Below, piece by piece: positions 1-13,300 of a stretch of DNA of 64,000 nt. Position 1 is the first letter of the stretch. Each line of letters starts with the position of its first letter. The stretch is from positions 410,484-474,483 of the forward strand of contig NMRA01000092.1 in NCBI GenBank assembly GCA_002633005.1, given 5' to 3'. A program made the position numbers and the translations under genes. The notes under the pieces are model-generated. The model was given only the letters and a program-made list of their open reading frames with translations, searched no databases and had not been told where the DNA came from. This DNA comes from Phoronis australis. Lineage: Eukaryota > Animalia > Phoronida.

Positions 1-347
1 TTTTCGCCTTCTTTTATAACCTTCAAGCAAATGCCAAAACTGGATTTTAATCCTGTTTTTTTTTGAAACAGACTACTTTAATAATCAAAACCTTGGAATT
101 GAGTTACCATCCTGTTTTACTTTATTCATAGTCTGCATTCTTTTCAAAATACATGCATCTTTTGAGATCAGATTTATTTGTTGTGGCTTTTAGTTTTACT
201 GATCCATTTATAACTAAATCTTTCACGGAAAAACAACAGATTTTAAACACTTGAGAACGACGGTGATTGTGAAAAAAAAATTGTTATTGTTGAGGCACTG
301 CGAAAGCGTCATGAATTATTAGACATCAAAATTCTCAAGGTAACTTA

Positions 348-590
348 CCTTTTTATAAGACCAGCTTCAACCTTCATGATGTGTTTGTCGTCACAGCAGC
401 CGTCCACAAAATGGTCGGAGCATATTTCAGCCCCGACAGATGGCTGACTCGACAGTCATTTTCAAAAGACTAGCAGAGCACACGAAAACCTGCCATTACG
501 CAGCCAGATGCTGGTCTTTTTAGAATTTAAATGGGCTCATGCCTTCCACCTGGGTGGTGTTAAAATAGCACACACACACCGATGCACCAT
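348..590 (-). pseudogene. Decayed THAP zinc-finger exon of a DNA transposon (possibly Kolobok-like)
   Basis: MVHRCVC...FKF*KD...W...AEICSDHF with stops and frameshifts, ending in AAAAG|gtaagt; possible TTAA-flanked terminus at 858. Confidence 0.6.
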
Positions 591-1037
591 GGCTAAAACA
601 CGCCAAGGTTGAACTGTCTTTGTTCTTCGTGTACTGTGATATAATAGCAGTGAACTGCATTGTGGGATATGATCTGGTTTGTGTTCCCCAACACCATGTC
701 ACGGTGTCAAAGGTCAACTTTTCGCGCATTTTCTTACTTTCGCTTTTTTAAATAACTAAAGATACAATAATACGATGATTTGAATAAAATACATCCAAAT
801 AGCAATACCTTGAAGATATTATTGCAATTTAACATACTTGGACCTTGCAAATTACACTTTAAGGGCATCCGCTGGTACTGTGCGTTAAGTATGCCTATCC
901 CAGGCGCCTACATTGAGCAACTCGATTGTCACTGGGTGGTGATAATAAATAATGATATTTGCCCATCTGATAGATCGACAGCAGAAAGCAGTTTATCAGC
1001 ATAGAGTGTTCGTGTGAGTGACTCTTGTGATTTACAT

Positions 1038-2680
1038 GGGCGGAGTTCAGTAGACGCAAGAATGTCGCATGTAAAGCTAGCCTAATCTTAATTCCTTTGT
1101 AACTTTTTCATGGCGAAAGCTCACCAGATCACTGCGTTTTCGCGCGTGTATTACCGTAAACTCGCGGGTTAACGCCCATGCCCGTGCAATCGACCATCCC
1201 TGACTTTTGGTCAATTTTCGTTTTAAGCGCTAAGTGTGCTAATTTTCACGTAAAAAGCGTTTACCTCTCGGGTAATCGCTCATCCCCAACTTAACGCTTG
1301 CAGAACTTGCGCTTGAACTCGTGCTTTTGTTCACAGCTTCGCCTCGGCCTCAGATCACTTCCGTGTACGTTCTTTGCGGAAACACGGTGTGCTTACACCT
1401 GCGTACAATTGTCTCGAAAAGTACGTTATTCAGCAAGCGTTTTTGGATTAACTCAAGCACTGCAACCACCTTTTTAAGCTTATCAGCTGATCTTTTGTTA
1501 AATTAATATAGGCCCACTCCGTAGACTTTTATTGACGTGACACTAGTCTACTACAAGATTAGGCGTACGACATCCTGGTCGTCACCGACGTAGGTTGTCT
1601 AGGTGACAAGTTTTCGAATAACCTAGTCTAATTTTTTTCGCCTCAGACACCATTTCCTATGCTTTTTCGAGTTCAGTAGATCAAATTTTTTGAGTGTTTG
1701 GCGAGAACAGGTAAAACTTCGAAACCTCGCCATGTATTTTCTGACGGAGCACTTGATTTTGCTAGATTTTTTACCCATATATTTGAATTGGCCAATGAAT
1801 TTAACACCGCTCTCTTTCTAACTGCACGCATAGACCACGTGAGGATCAACTCAGATTTGAATTGAACAATTATTTACACTTCCCTCTCGTTGTAATTGCA
1901 AACGGTTTGTGTCGGTCAGGAACGAATAGTCCGTGTTTTTAATCCAGCGACAGATAAACTAAACTGTGAATCGAAAGTTTATCGGGTTTAATTTGCAGAC
2001 GACATTATAACAACAAGACGGTACCGGAAGGGTTCCAACTAAACACAGTCGTAGGAACAACACTAAATACAATGGCGCTCAGGAAACGGAAGGTAGTCCC
2101 GTTAATTGACCTGAAACATTCCTTGCCGATACGGAAAGTGGACTGCCATTCGAGACTCATAAAGTTCCGTGACATTTTGCAGCTAATTTTATTTGAAAAA
2201 AAATGGACTTTTTAACAACGTTCTCGCGAACTTACCGACCTTTCAATGTCGAAATCTTGTCTCTGTTTGAGCCGTGAGAAATTTTGTGGTTGTCGGGTCC
2301 CCGTTTGACCAAACTTACAAGTTCCATGCTCTATGAACAACCCGCGAGCTTGCCCAGTTCGGCTAAAACTTGGGTAACCGCTCACCCCCGACTTTTGCCA
2401 ATTTTTGAACTTAAGCGCCCAATACTTGGGTAAAGGTCACCCCCTGTCTTTGGGTTTCCCAATTTAAGCGCCCAGGGCGTTAACCCGCGAGTTTACGGTA
2501 TGTACGTCCCCTGAACGGACACCAACCTCCCGTTCAGTAACTCTAGGACCTCGCTAAAAAGTAAGACTTCGCGAGATTTGTACGTGAGATATTGCTGTGC
2601 ATTTTAAATGAGAACACGTGACTTTGACTAGGTTTTAACTAGGTCCTAGCGTAGGTCCCAGCGTCTACTGAACGCACGCC
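1038..2680. mobile_element. PIF/Harbinger-like MITE (about 300 bp) interrupted by the 1154-2498 element
   Basis: Imperfect TIRs GGGCGGAGTTCAGTAGACGC / GCGTCTACTGAACGCACGCC. Confidence 0.55.
1154..2498. mobile_element. Non-autonomous Tc1/mariner-pogo-like element
   Basis: Perfect 24-bp TIR CCGTAAACTCGCGGGTTAACGCCC, TA duplication on both sides, subterminal repeats (GGGTAAYCGCTCAYCCC, TTAAGCGC); no long ORF. Confidence 0.85.
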
Positions 2681-4294
2681 AGGATGCACGCCGGCGGGCA
2701 ATCATTTCTTTTATGGGAAATCCCCAGCTTCCGCACTTGCCAGTGCGACACCTGGTGAATTTCGAGTTCACCATGCTTGAATTAAAAAATTAAGTAAACG
2801 TAAGAAGCATTTTTAATAGCATGTAAATTGGTTTCGCTTGTCCAGTGCAGTGAATGAAGGGTCAGTCGATTCAGGAATTAACCAGACTAGTTTGCAATAT
2901 TTTACCAAATTCTCAGAGACTTGCATCTTGCATCCAGCACCAAACTATTGACTACAGCACATCATTGCTTCTGTCCCCAGCTTGTGGAGCCCACAGTTTG
3001 AACGTGGCACCCCTACAACCGTTGACAAAAGGACAAAGATAACTGACCTAAGACAAGAGTGATACCCACAAACAACTATAGCAACGGCCGAGTGTCATCT
3101 CCCAACATTTTGGACATCATCAACCAGACACAAAAATTGTGTGCTCTTAATTCTTTTAGGCCCTGACCGAGTATTTATTTACTGGCAATTTATTTGTGCA
3201 TCAACGGAGATGTTTTTTTACAACAGTTTCAACTGCATTTTCATATTCGGAACTTTGTTGCTATCTCCCAAAATAATTTGAGTTTGCTTTTTACTCAAAC
3301 AGATGAAACGATTACATTCTGGGCACCAGGAGTGTTACCACTGTTTAGTTCGCGGGGGACATAGGGTGTGCTTAATAGCCAGATGACAGGGAAGGTAAGT
3401 CAATCTGACAGAGCAGAGCCCCACTCTGGGTACTGCATGTGAGGGGTCTGTGGGGCGAGGAGATTGTGGGGCGGGTGATTTAGGCCAATTACCGTTTTGA
3501 AAGTGGACTCAAATTGTTCCTCAGCCAAATAAATATGTCTATGCTTGGAAACAACTGACAGTTTGTTATTGTTTGCGATCAGGATCTACAAGTTGGCTTA
3601 TAACGGTGTGACATTTTATGCACTGAGCAACAGCTCTTTGGACAAACCCAAAAATCAATTCTCATTTAAGTAAGTAACTTAAGTTAGATCAACTTTTTAG
3701 CACTAGTCCATGGTTTAAATCAAAAGATCACTTCCTTGATGAAAAGCATGCTTATAGGCACTTTATGATATATCATATGATAAAAGCTGCAATAAATCGG
3801 TATTGAAGAAATTAATCTTTGATTTACGTTAATAGTACCGCTACAAAATTGATCTTGCAAAAAACACGCAGTTTGTCATTGCTCGCACTTGACAAACAAA
3901 ATGACAAGCCATGACAGGTCAAATTAGCCTAATCTCAGACAATAATGTCCTGTAAGTTGTTTTCTAAGACCAAAAATCACACCATATTTGACTACGGAAC
4001 AATTTAACAACAGTTTCACAATGGTAAGTGGTCTCAATTAAAATTTGTTTTGTCAGGAAGGCAGGGGTGACGCTAGTTTAACTTTATTCCTGATACTCTA
4101 CCAATACATATAAGATTACAAAGTGGAGATAAAAATATGATAATCTTGCTAATCGATGACTAAAACGCATGTAAGTGTATAATGACAATAGACTATCGTC
4201 AACATTTCTCAAAAACAGACTTTAATTTACACAGACTTTCTGATTGGTGAAAGTTTTGAAATAACCCTCAGTAAACTCAAGTATTCTGTGCTCT

Positions 4295-4365
4295 TCACTT
4301 CTTTTTGATGTCTTTGAGGGCAGCCAGAGCTGCAAGACGACCGGGTGAACCCATCACGCCACCTC
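4295..4365 (-). CDS. PYROXD2: PYROXD2 terminal coding exon ([22 protein letters not shown])
   Basis: ttgccag|GA GGT GGC GTG ATG; TGA at 4297-4295; candidate AATAAA (minus strand) near 4083 and 3175. Confidence 0.94.
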
Positions 4366-7300
4366 CTGGCAATACAAAAAAAACAGCAGAAAAGATAATC
4401 ACAGCATATGCAGGCAGTCACTGATCTGATTGCAATGAGATAAGTCCCTTTCAAAAGGTCTGTCCAAAGGAACAACTGGAGATTCGCTAGCATGGGTTTT
4501 GTTTAACTAGCTCTGCTTTCTACAGGACTATACCTTTAGCGAAGCTGAAGCATGCAGTTCCAAATTATGAGTGATTTTATCAGCATGTGTACTTAACCAA
4601 ATATCGACAAAACAATAGAATTTAATTCAGTGTGCATTTCCTGAAAGTAGAAAGAGTTCAGAATATCATTACTGACGTTCATTGGCTTTGTAACATAGTA
4701 ACGGATCCAGGATATCATGGGCCCAACATTTTTTTGATATCTGTACCCCCCAACACACACAAACAAATGTACACACCAGAATTAGCTGCAAGATAATATT
4801 AATGGTAAAATTTACTTCCATGACATTTTAATTATTTTTTGTGGGCTAAATCCGTGACTGTCAATAAATAAAATTTAGCAAAAAAGCATGGTGCTCCCAT
4901 ACGTTTCTACATAAGGTCACAGAATAACAGAATACCCAATTTTCTATAGCACCTTTTCCAAAAATTTTAAAAAGCATATTAGTTTTTGAGAACAAGCATA
5001 AATCATAGAAGCTACAAGTTTCAAGTAAATCTGGTCAGTTACTTCTGAAATATGATGTTCAAGTTAGCCAAAATTTGACATTTTGCTTGGGTTACTCATA
5101 ACCTCAACTTCAAGTGCTCACATACCGGGGTGAGCTCCAGCACCACACAAGTACAGGCCTCGCACTGGTGTACGAGTGTTACTGGCTTCCACAAGAGGTC
5201 GCCCCAGGTAGAGTTGATCTAGAGACATTGAACCGTGGAAAATGTTCTGAAAGTACAAAACATTTTACAACTAGTAAACCCAGAACCTCAGGAGAGTGGT
5301 ATGTCACATCAAAAACCTCCAATCTTTCATATGCCCAGGGCTGATATACAATTAGAGTTTGAGAGGCTTTACTACATGTGATCTCATCTGACCTTAAACA
5401 GTGGTAAACAACGAGTTTTCAAAACCTTTAATTCAATTTGTGAAATTTCGAGAAAATAACCTCCACAGGGTTTTTCAGCAAGAAAAATTAACACAGCTGG
5501 ATCTTTGTTTAAAAAATCTTAACTTATTAACAGAAATTACAACTTTTAATGGCATTCGAAAGACTTTGAATGCTGATTACATTTCTACTTCACTAGTTCA
5601 GAGCTCTCCACACACAACAGACAGGTTTGATGGGCAAAATCGCAAATCCAAAAATGTGCATGTAGACATTGTCTGTTACTTGCGTTGCCTGATCATTTGA
5701 CAACAATTCAAGATTGGATGAGTGAGGTAATGTTTTCAAACAACAACACATCTCTACTAAAAATTCAACATTGACACCTAAACAGAGGTGACATGCATCT
5801 TTACACGAAGAACACCATGTAAAGGTACTTTACTATAGTCAGAAATCTATGGAATATTGTCAAATTTGGAAGACAAAACTCGCAGGAGGCTAGATTTTGC
5901 AAAAAAGGCAAAGTCCACCAAAACTTTCCATAAATGTTAGTTCTTAGACATTAATCCCTCCGATAACACAGATTACCTTTAATTCTGCATCTACAGAGAA
6001 GTGAGCCAAGATAAACATTAGTTAGACATACCCCTCCAGTCAGTCCAAATATGGTCTCCAAATCCACAGGAGTCAATATATCCCGGCCAATTACACTGTC
6101 CTTGAAGCCAGGCGCATACTCTTCAATACAGTCAAACACTGGAAATATATGACCAACAAAATGATCTAGAAATCGAATATAATTCACAGCTTTAATGAAA
6201 TAAACGATACACAGGCATTTCCCAACCAGTAAGGATGAATGCTTTGTACTGGTTTGGATTACAATAGGGGCCTACCACAGCACCTTCACTTTTATGATGC
6301 ACTTCGTTTGTTAGGGGATTATGGAACAAAAATGGGAGTCACTGAGAACTGCTGCCTGTTCCTGAAAACATTCTTTTCCTACCATTTTAGACACTGAGGA
6401 CTATAAAACTAATTTCATCATTGAACAAAGAACTTCTTTCTTGTTCGAATAACAAAAATTGGTTCACTAATAACAGAAGGAAAGGGAAATAATGTGTGCT
6501 GTGTAACCTTCTTACACAACACAATGGGATGGATTGTCTTATGTAGGTAGACCACTGGTGGTGATCTAAATACTTCAAAATGCAATGAAATTTGAACGAG
6601 AGAGCATGTCGTGAGTGAAAAGCCATAAATCTACTCTCCACGGATGAAGTCTTGCCTCAGCAAATGAATAAAATCGCATCAAAAACTTATGTATAATTGT
6701 TTTTTATATACTCTCAAACAACATAATGAATACCAGAAGAACCACAATAATCCCCCAAAAGTGCACGTCTACCCCAAAAACTAACACATTCTTATCCTTA
6801 CCCCTGTCGGCATATGCATTCTTGTCCGCAAACGTCCACTCACGGCCATGGTCTAAGAAATATGGCGTGTATTGGGTGAAGAGAAGGAGAACATGGTGGC
6901 CAGGTGGCGCTAGTGTAGGGTCAAGGCTGGATGGTATAGTCATCTCAATCACAGGCCTAGGAGGAACAATTAAGAATCAGACAATATGGTGAAATCAGCA
7001 ACTGGTACCGTACAAGCCAAAAGTATTGATTTCAGACAAAATGACCTGGAGTTTCCCCGTCAAGATGACGGCCCAATTCAACGTCAGAGGGAAACTTCTC
7101 GGAGAAGTTTCCCTCGTAACTGAGAATAAAAGAGAACAGAACAGTTAGTAAGGTGGCTAAACCAGTTTGTAAGAATAATTTTGCCACCCAAATAGTTATT
7201 ACCACTCATTTTTTTGCAGTCAACAGAATTAGCTGTCGTGAGGGGGAAATGATATCAATTGTTCGATTACTTTTGTCTTGTAGTGTAGATAAAGATGCAC

Positions 7301-10300
7301 AAATGTCTATCACCATCAGTTACACTGCCATCCTAAGTAGTGACCCAACGAAATTTTACTTTCACTGCTGCATAGCACAATTATTGACTACTAGGAAACG
7401 AGCCTATTACAATGGCTACAAACTAGATGCACAGGAAAACTTTCAATATTATTGAGTCTTTTATACTAGTGGTATACATAAAGCATTTCACAGTGACCGT
7501 TTTACCAATCTCTGACTGTGCATGTACATCTCAGGGAAAGAATTAGGGAAGACTGATACTAGCAAGATACATAACTAAAGCTTACATCCCTATATGTATA
7601 CACTTCACTGTAACTGGCTTACTAAGTTATAGGCATGGGAAGTTTCAACACAGTACTGACTTCCCACAATTCATTGTGCAGACAACTTCAAAAATGACAA
7701 CATACCTTTTAGATGGTATTCCATTCTGTGCGTCATGGTAGGCATCACAAATCAACTGGGAATTCTCACAGTTAATGTGTATTGTTCCCCTATGGTGGGG
7801 CAATGGCTCATTACCACTGCTGGGGTTAGCCAGAAAGTTTGGGAGTCCGTTGACAGCCACTGAAGAAAGCAATAATTCGCAGTAGAACTTTTGCAAAACA
7901 AGAAGCGGATTGTTTTGTTTTGGAAGCGAGATACGTGTGACCTGATGACATAGATCACAAAGTGAACTGATATTTGACTTGATCTTAAACCTATTACAGG
8001 AGGTCGCATACACGTTGTACCAGATGTGCGCAGGCCGGACTATGAGCCCATCGCCCTGACCACCTGGAACCATTTTAAATTTATGCTTTACTGATTGATA
8101 GTTAAAACCGAGCTGAGGAGCTAGAGACCGGACTCAAGGGTCTAACACTGTGCATCAGTGAGACTTTGAACCCATGACCTCAGAGGAAGTGGACACTAAT
8201 CCCCCCAGGCCACACTGCCTCCACATGGTCTTAAGGTTATGCAGGACTTTACTGAAAAGTTGGCATATCTACAAAACTATAGATTTTAACTCATTAAAGA
8301 ATGTATTTTCTCAAAGTAGAAAGGTAGTAGAATTTGAATTTTGACTTTTTATCAATCTGTCATTAATTGTATCACGAGATTACGTCTTTTTAGCAAAATT
8401 TAGCAAAAAATGAAAAGAAAATTGATAGCAGAACAACAGTATCAACAACATGATAAAATTTTATTAGATATAAATGTTTAAGATGAAACCTAAAAATGTT
8501 GCAAAACAGCGCATAAAGCATAGTACGCAAAACTTGATAAAGACATGACACTTGTCGTTTTTTTTGTCGACTATCTTTATTTCATTCTGTACGTATCCTC
8601 AGAAAAAAATTTTGACATTCAACAGAACATTGGTAAAGTAACTGACCAAGAGACATGATTAGAAGACGCAAGATATTTTGAAACATACTTGCTTTATTCT
8701 CAAGTGGAAATATAATGGCCGTACTACCATCACAGAGCAAAAGCTAGTAACAATTTCCAAAGTGGGACATGGCAGGTATGACATACTGCAAAGAATGACA
8801 AATGGAGGGGGTAACAGGAAAGTCACGCAAACAAGTGTAGCGTGCGGCGAAACCCTGTTTGCTGCTCATTCAAAACAGGCTTCTCGAATACAATCAAAGG
8901 GGACTCCAATACTTTCAATTGCAGCACATCATGCTCCATGTATCAAATTCACAGGTTTTCCACTATTTCTTTACAGGTGATTTTATGTTTATGACACTGC
9001 AAAAAATCTTCTGAAGGATGCAAACGATAGTCAACAATGACAAGTGTCCTGTCTTTAACAATTTTTGGATAACAGAAAACATGCTACCCAAGTACAGCAA
9101 AGTATCTGAAAGTTTCACATGAATTCAATCAGCCATTTCTGAGATGAGAAGTTAGCCAACATTTTCTGGGGTCCTACATACCTTAAAGGTGCTACATACC
9201 CAGGCCTCCCATCAACAAAAAAATTAGGATAAAACCTCACTTAATATGGCCGACAACAGAGGAATTATTTATTTACTTCATAAAAGATAAATAGCACCGA
9301 TTAAATGTGTCATCTCTTTTTCAATTCTATACCATGTTTTTCACAATGTCAGCAATCTTTCAAAATGAAAAAGGCCATTTTTGGTAATTGTTTTGGTTTG
9401 AAATTGGAAATTTTATTGAAACTTTTGATTTTGCCACTTGCGATCGTGATTTACTGGATTTGGAACAACTGCAGCCACTTCATTATTGTTCTAGGATTTG
9501 CCCGGCTAATAACTTGACTGACCCACCACGACATTAGCCATATTCATTGAACCTGGTCTGTCTCTTCATTCCAGAGATCAACTAACAAAAAGTAATAAAC
9601 TGAGTTTAGCTTTATTAATGATAGGTGGTCTAAACACAATACATAATTATACTTCTTGATAAATCTGCTCAATTTCGCTTGGTTTTAACTCGGCCTGTTT
9701 CTTTACAAAGAACTTGCTGATGAAAAAATAAGTAACAAAAGGCGAGTGCAAAGTAACATGTACACAATCGTCATTTTGATCTATTTCTTCTATGACAAAG
9801 AGCAAAAACAGATTTCAGGGAAATATCAATTCCTGAAAACACTGTGCAGCGTTTGCTCAACACTTCCGCAACACTTACATTAAACCATTTTCAACTGGGG
9901 CTCATTTCAAATTTGTGGAGTTTGTAAAAACAGTCCAGAAATCATTTCACTAAATGTTCATTAAGAGTCTTGTGGCACTTTTCTCAACAGACAAGACCAG
10001 CAGATAACTAAGTAATGAAACAATGACTTTTATTTCTTTGAAATTTTATTTCTTATCAATAAACAAAACTGTCCAAGATGACACACCTACTAAATATGCA
10101 CTATTTTCAGTTTGATAATGTCAAAAAACGTGAAACAGCCTGATTATGTATTACCTGACTATGTAATTACCATTAATAACACAGGTCAGCCTGATTATGT
10201 AATTACCATTAATCTTTGTAACAGGTGACGTGTAATCAATGTGCCGAATTCCACTGTGAAAATCCGCTGGAAGCACATCCTGGTAAGAGCGTGAGGTATA

Positions 10301-13300
10301 ATACTTTGGTATTTAGCAATGCATGAACAAATCAGAATGTCACAAACAGTAGAAAATATCATGTCAGTATGAGAAAAGAGAAGTAAGCTGTTAGTATAAA
10401 TCACTGCATGGATATGGTAAAAGTATTATAAGCGAATCTTGATTTCAAATTAAAATTTTATGCTGGGTAATAGCCATTTACAGAGATCCCACTGTTAGAG
10501 AACCAGTTTTCTCCACTGAATAACAGGCATCGAACTGGTTCTCAAAATCTGGGACCCCTGTAAGTGACTATTGCCTCACACTGTTCTATATAAAAGTAAG
10601 AAACAGGAACTAAAACAATGACACAATTTTGGTAAAATATAAATATTTAAGAAGTCTTTCAGGTGTAACTGCCTCAACACAAACACGACAGAAACACATG
10701 CACGAAAACATGAGGGCCCAGCACTACCAAACATTACTCGAGACTCGATTTGAAAATTGACAAGTCACACCGTGTAATATTTGAAAATTTGCTAATGAAG
10801 TGTGTCACGTAATTGATTTTAAAATTTAAAGGAAATTAAAATTTTTGAGTTTGTTGAGTCCCGAGCCCAGAATGTAAACACCATCCAGAAGAAAAATGAG
10901 CAATCAAAACCAAACCGAGACATCATGCACAAGAATTTTTGTGAAACCCTCTCCAATGCTTTTTAGGTACTCTACCACATGCAGTTAGACTTTTCAAAAT
11001 TTAGAACACATATGGTGGTAGGGAAAAAATTTATTTCATCAAATTTTTCACCAAAAGAGAATATTAAGAAAATTTCAGTCTTCTAGTAATACCATTTGAA
11101 TCATGCTAGCCTCATCGAGCATCTAGAAAATATTTGAATAATGAAAAACAGTAATTTGGGTGATAACTTTTTAGCTCAAATTGGTAAATTTTATTGTTCG
11201 CATTGGTGGCCCGACTGTATGAGGTAAAAGCGTACCATCTGACCACCGTGCACTACAGAGTCACATGATCATCCTTAAGTTCAAACATTCATTGGTCTGA
11301 AGATCTTTTGGTCTCAAATCAGAACAAACACTTAGGGACAACACATTCTGTATAACAAATCGTCAGAATAACGAACTTTCCAAGCAACGTGCGGGCCTTC
11401 TAAACAATAGCTGTTCATAGAAATGGACTTTTGAAATAATGGGAAAATCGGCTGACCATAAGACCAAAGACCCACTACCTAACGGACCCCCTAACTAATA
11501 TTTGTTTGAACAGGTAGATCTAAAAATATAGATCATTGGGGGTAAACGAATCCAGTTTGTACCCATAGACCTTCCACCAAACGTACATTTAGACCAATAA
11601 AACAAAAATTTCGATTTTGCCTATCACAATAAAAATAAATTCTGTAAAAAGTTCTGAACTGAATCAAGTTAATTCTTCTAGTTGCCTTGGGGTGGCACTA
11701 ATATGCTGCTCATTTGGGAATGTCAGGAGTAGACTGACATTGCTTTTAGTTCTATAAGTTTTAATTGCCTGTTCTATTTGTTTACTAGCCGTTAGCACTT
11801 AGCTGACATGACCTATGAGGTCAAGTCAGTGACATCGTAATGGTTTACAACAGAATACTTGAGAACATTGTCGTAGGTTCCAGCATATTTGTGACTGATA
11901 AATAACCCTGGCCTGGACTATTCTAGAGCCTAGTAAATATTTGTAGAATGATTGAGTAGATTCCAGAAAGTCTTGAGAACACTGCAACAGGTTACAAATA
12001 CTGAGGTACAAGTTAGCAACAGTTAGTTCCAGAATCAGCAGTATAGAATTAGTAATTACCGAATCAATAGTGAGTTAGCTACGAGACAGTGAGTCATTGC
12101 AATCATAATTGAATCCGAGTGTGACAGCTTGTTGCTGAAATTTCACCGCAAGTCAAGACTTCGCAGCACACGACTGGAGCATTAGAGCCGACATTATATA
12201 AGATGCTTTGGTTGAGTAAGCTGGTTAAGTTCGGTCGATATCAATAAAGTAATTTAAAGTGATTTAACTTAAACAAGTCTTCAGTTTGTCAGCACATGGA
12301 ATGCTATTGACACACTGTGCCCACCGGCATTCATGGGAAGATGTGACAGGGATGTTAAAGTGTTTCAGCTTGAAGTTAGAGATCTTTAGGCTTCCAAAAC
12401 GATGCCCAATCAAACTTTGACACCTGTGGTCAGTACTTTTTCACTACATCACGGAATATTAACAGAAAGCAACACTCAAAACCAGAAGAACTCACCCTTT
12501 CAATTCGACCTGAAATGAACTGTAACATCAATGCAGGCCAGGCTATCCGATAGACATCAATGAAAAAACATTGCATATAATACAGTGGAAGCTAGCCTGG
12601 AAGTACAGTACCACAAACTGACCAATAATGGAGTAAAAACTTTTACCAGTCCTGGCATGATTTGACACATTGAAATGTAAAAATCTACTCATTCAATAAC
12701 AACCGTTAAAAAGTTTTGAAACATAACTGAATGTTTTATGTACTCAGCACCTGTGAAAAAAATAATTTTTGTTTAAAACCTCTCGACGCTGAAATAGGGA
12801 CCTCAATCCATTCACTAATAACGAGAAGGGTTTCTGGGCTTAAAAAAGTGACACTGTATTATTGTTTGCAAGAAGGCTCAGTATGTTGGCTTTACGGAAT
12901 TTTTCATGATATACATTGGGCTGAACAATAAGCCAGTTCTGTCTCTGACGAAGCACTAGTTGGTTATTGGCCATTATGCTACCATCAAGTAAAATGATGA
13001 GCAAGGACAAGCCAACATATTAGACATTGCCTTGAGCAAAAATAAACTGTTAAGAATTCCCAAACTCAGGGGTCTGTTTCAAAAAGTGACTTAAGACTCA
13101 AGTCAGACTTATGCTCCACACAACTATTTCAGAAAAATAAGTGAACCTCACTTGAGCAAAAGTGTGAAGTCCCAGAGACTGTACAGATAGCTGCTAGTTA
13201 CTGACATAACTTCCATAAATTATTTCCAGATTGTGATGCATCTACAATTCCTTGACTAAATCATTTTTCAGCAGTTAATTGTGAAGTCTGAATTTAAGAC

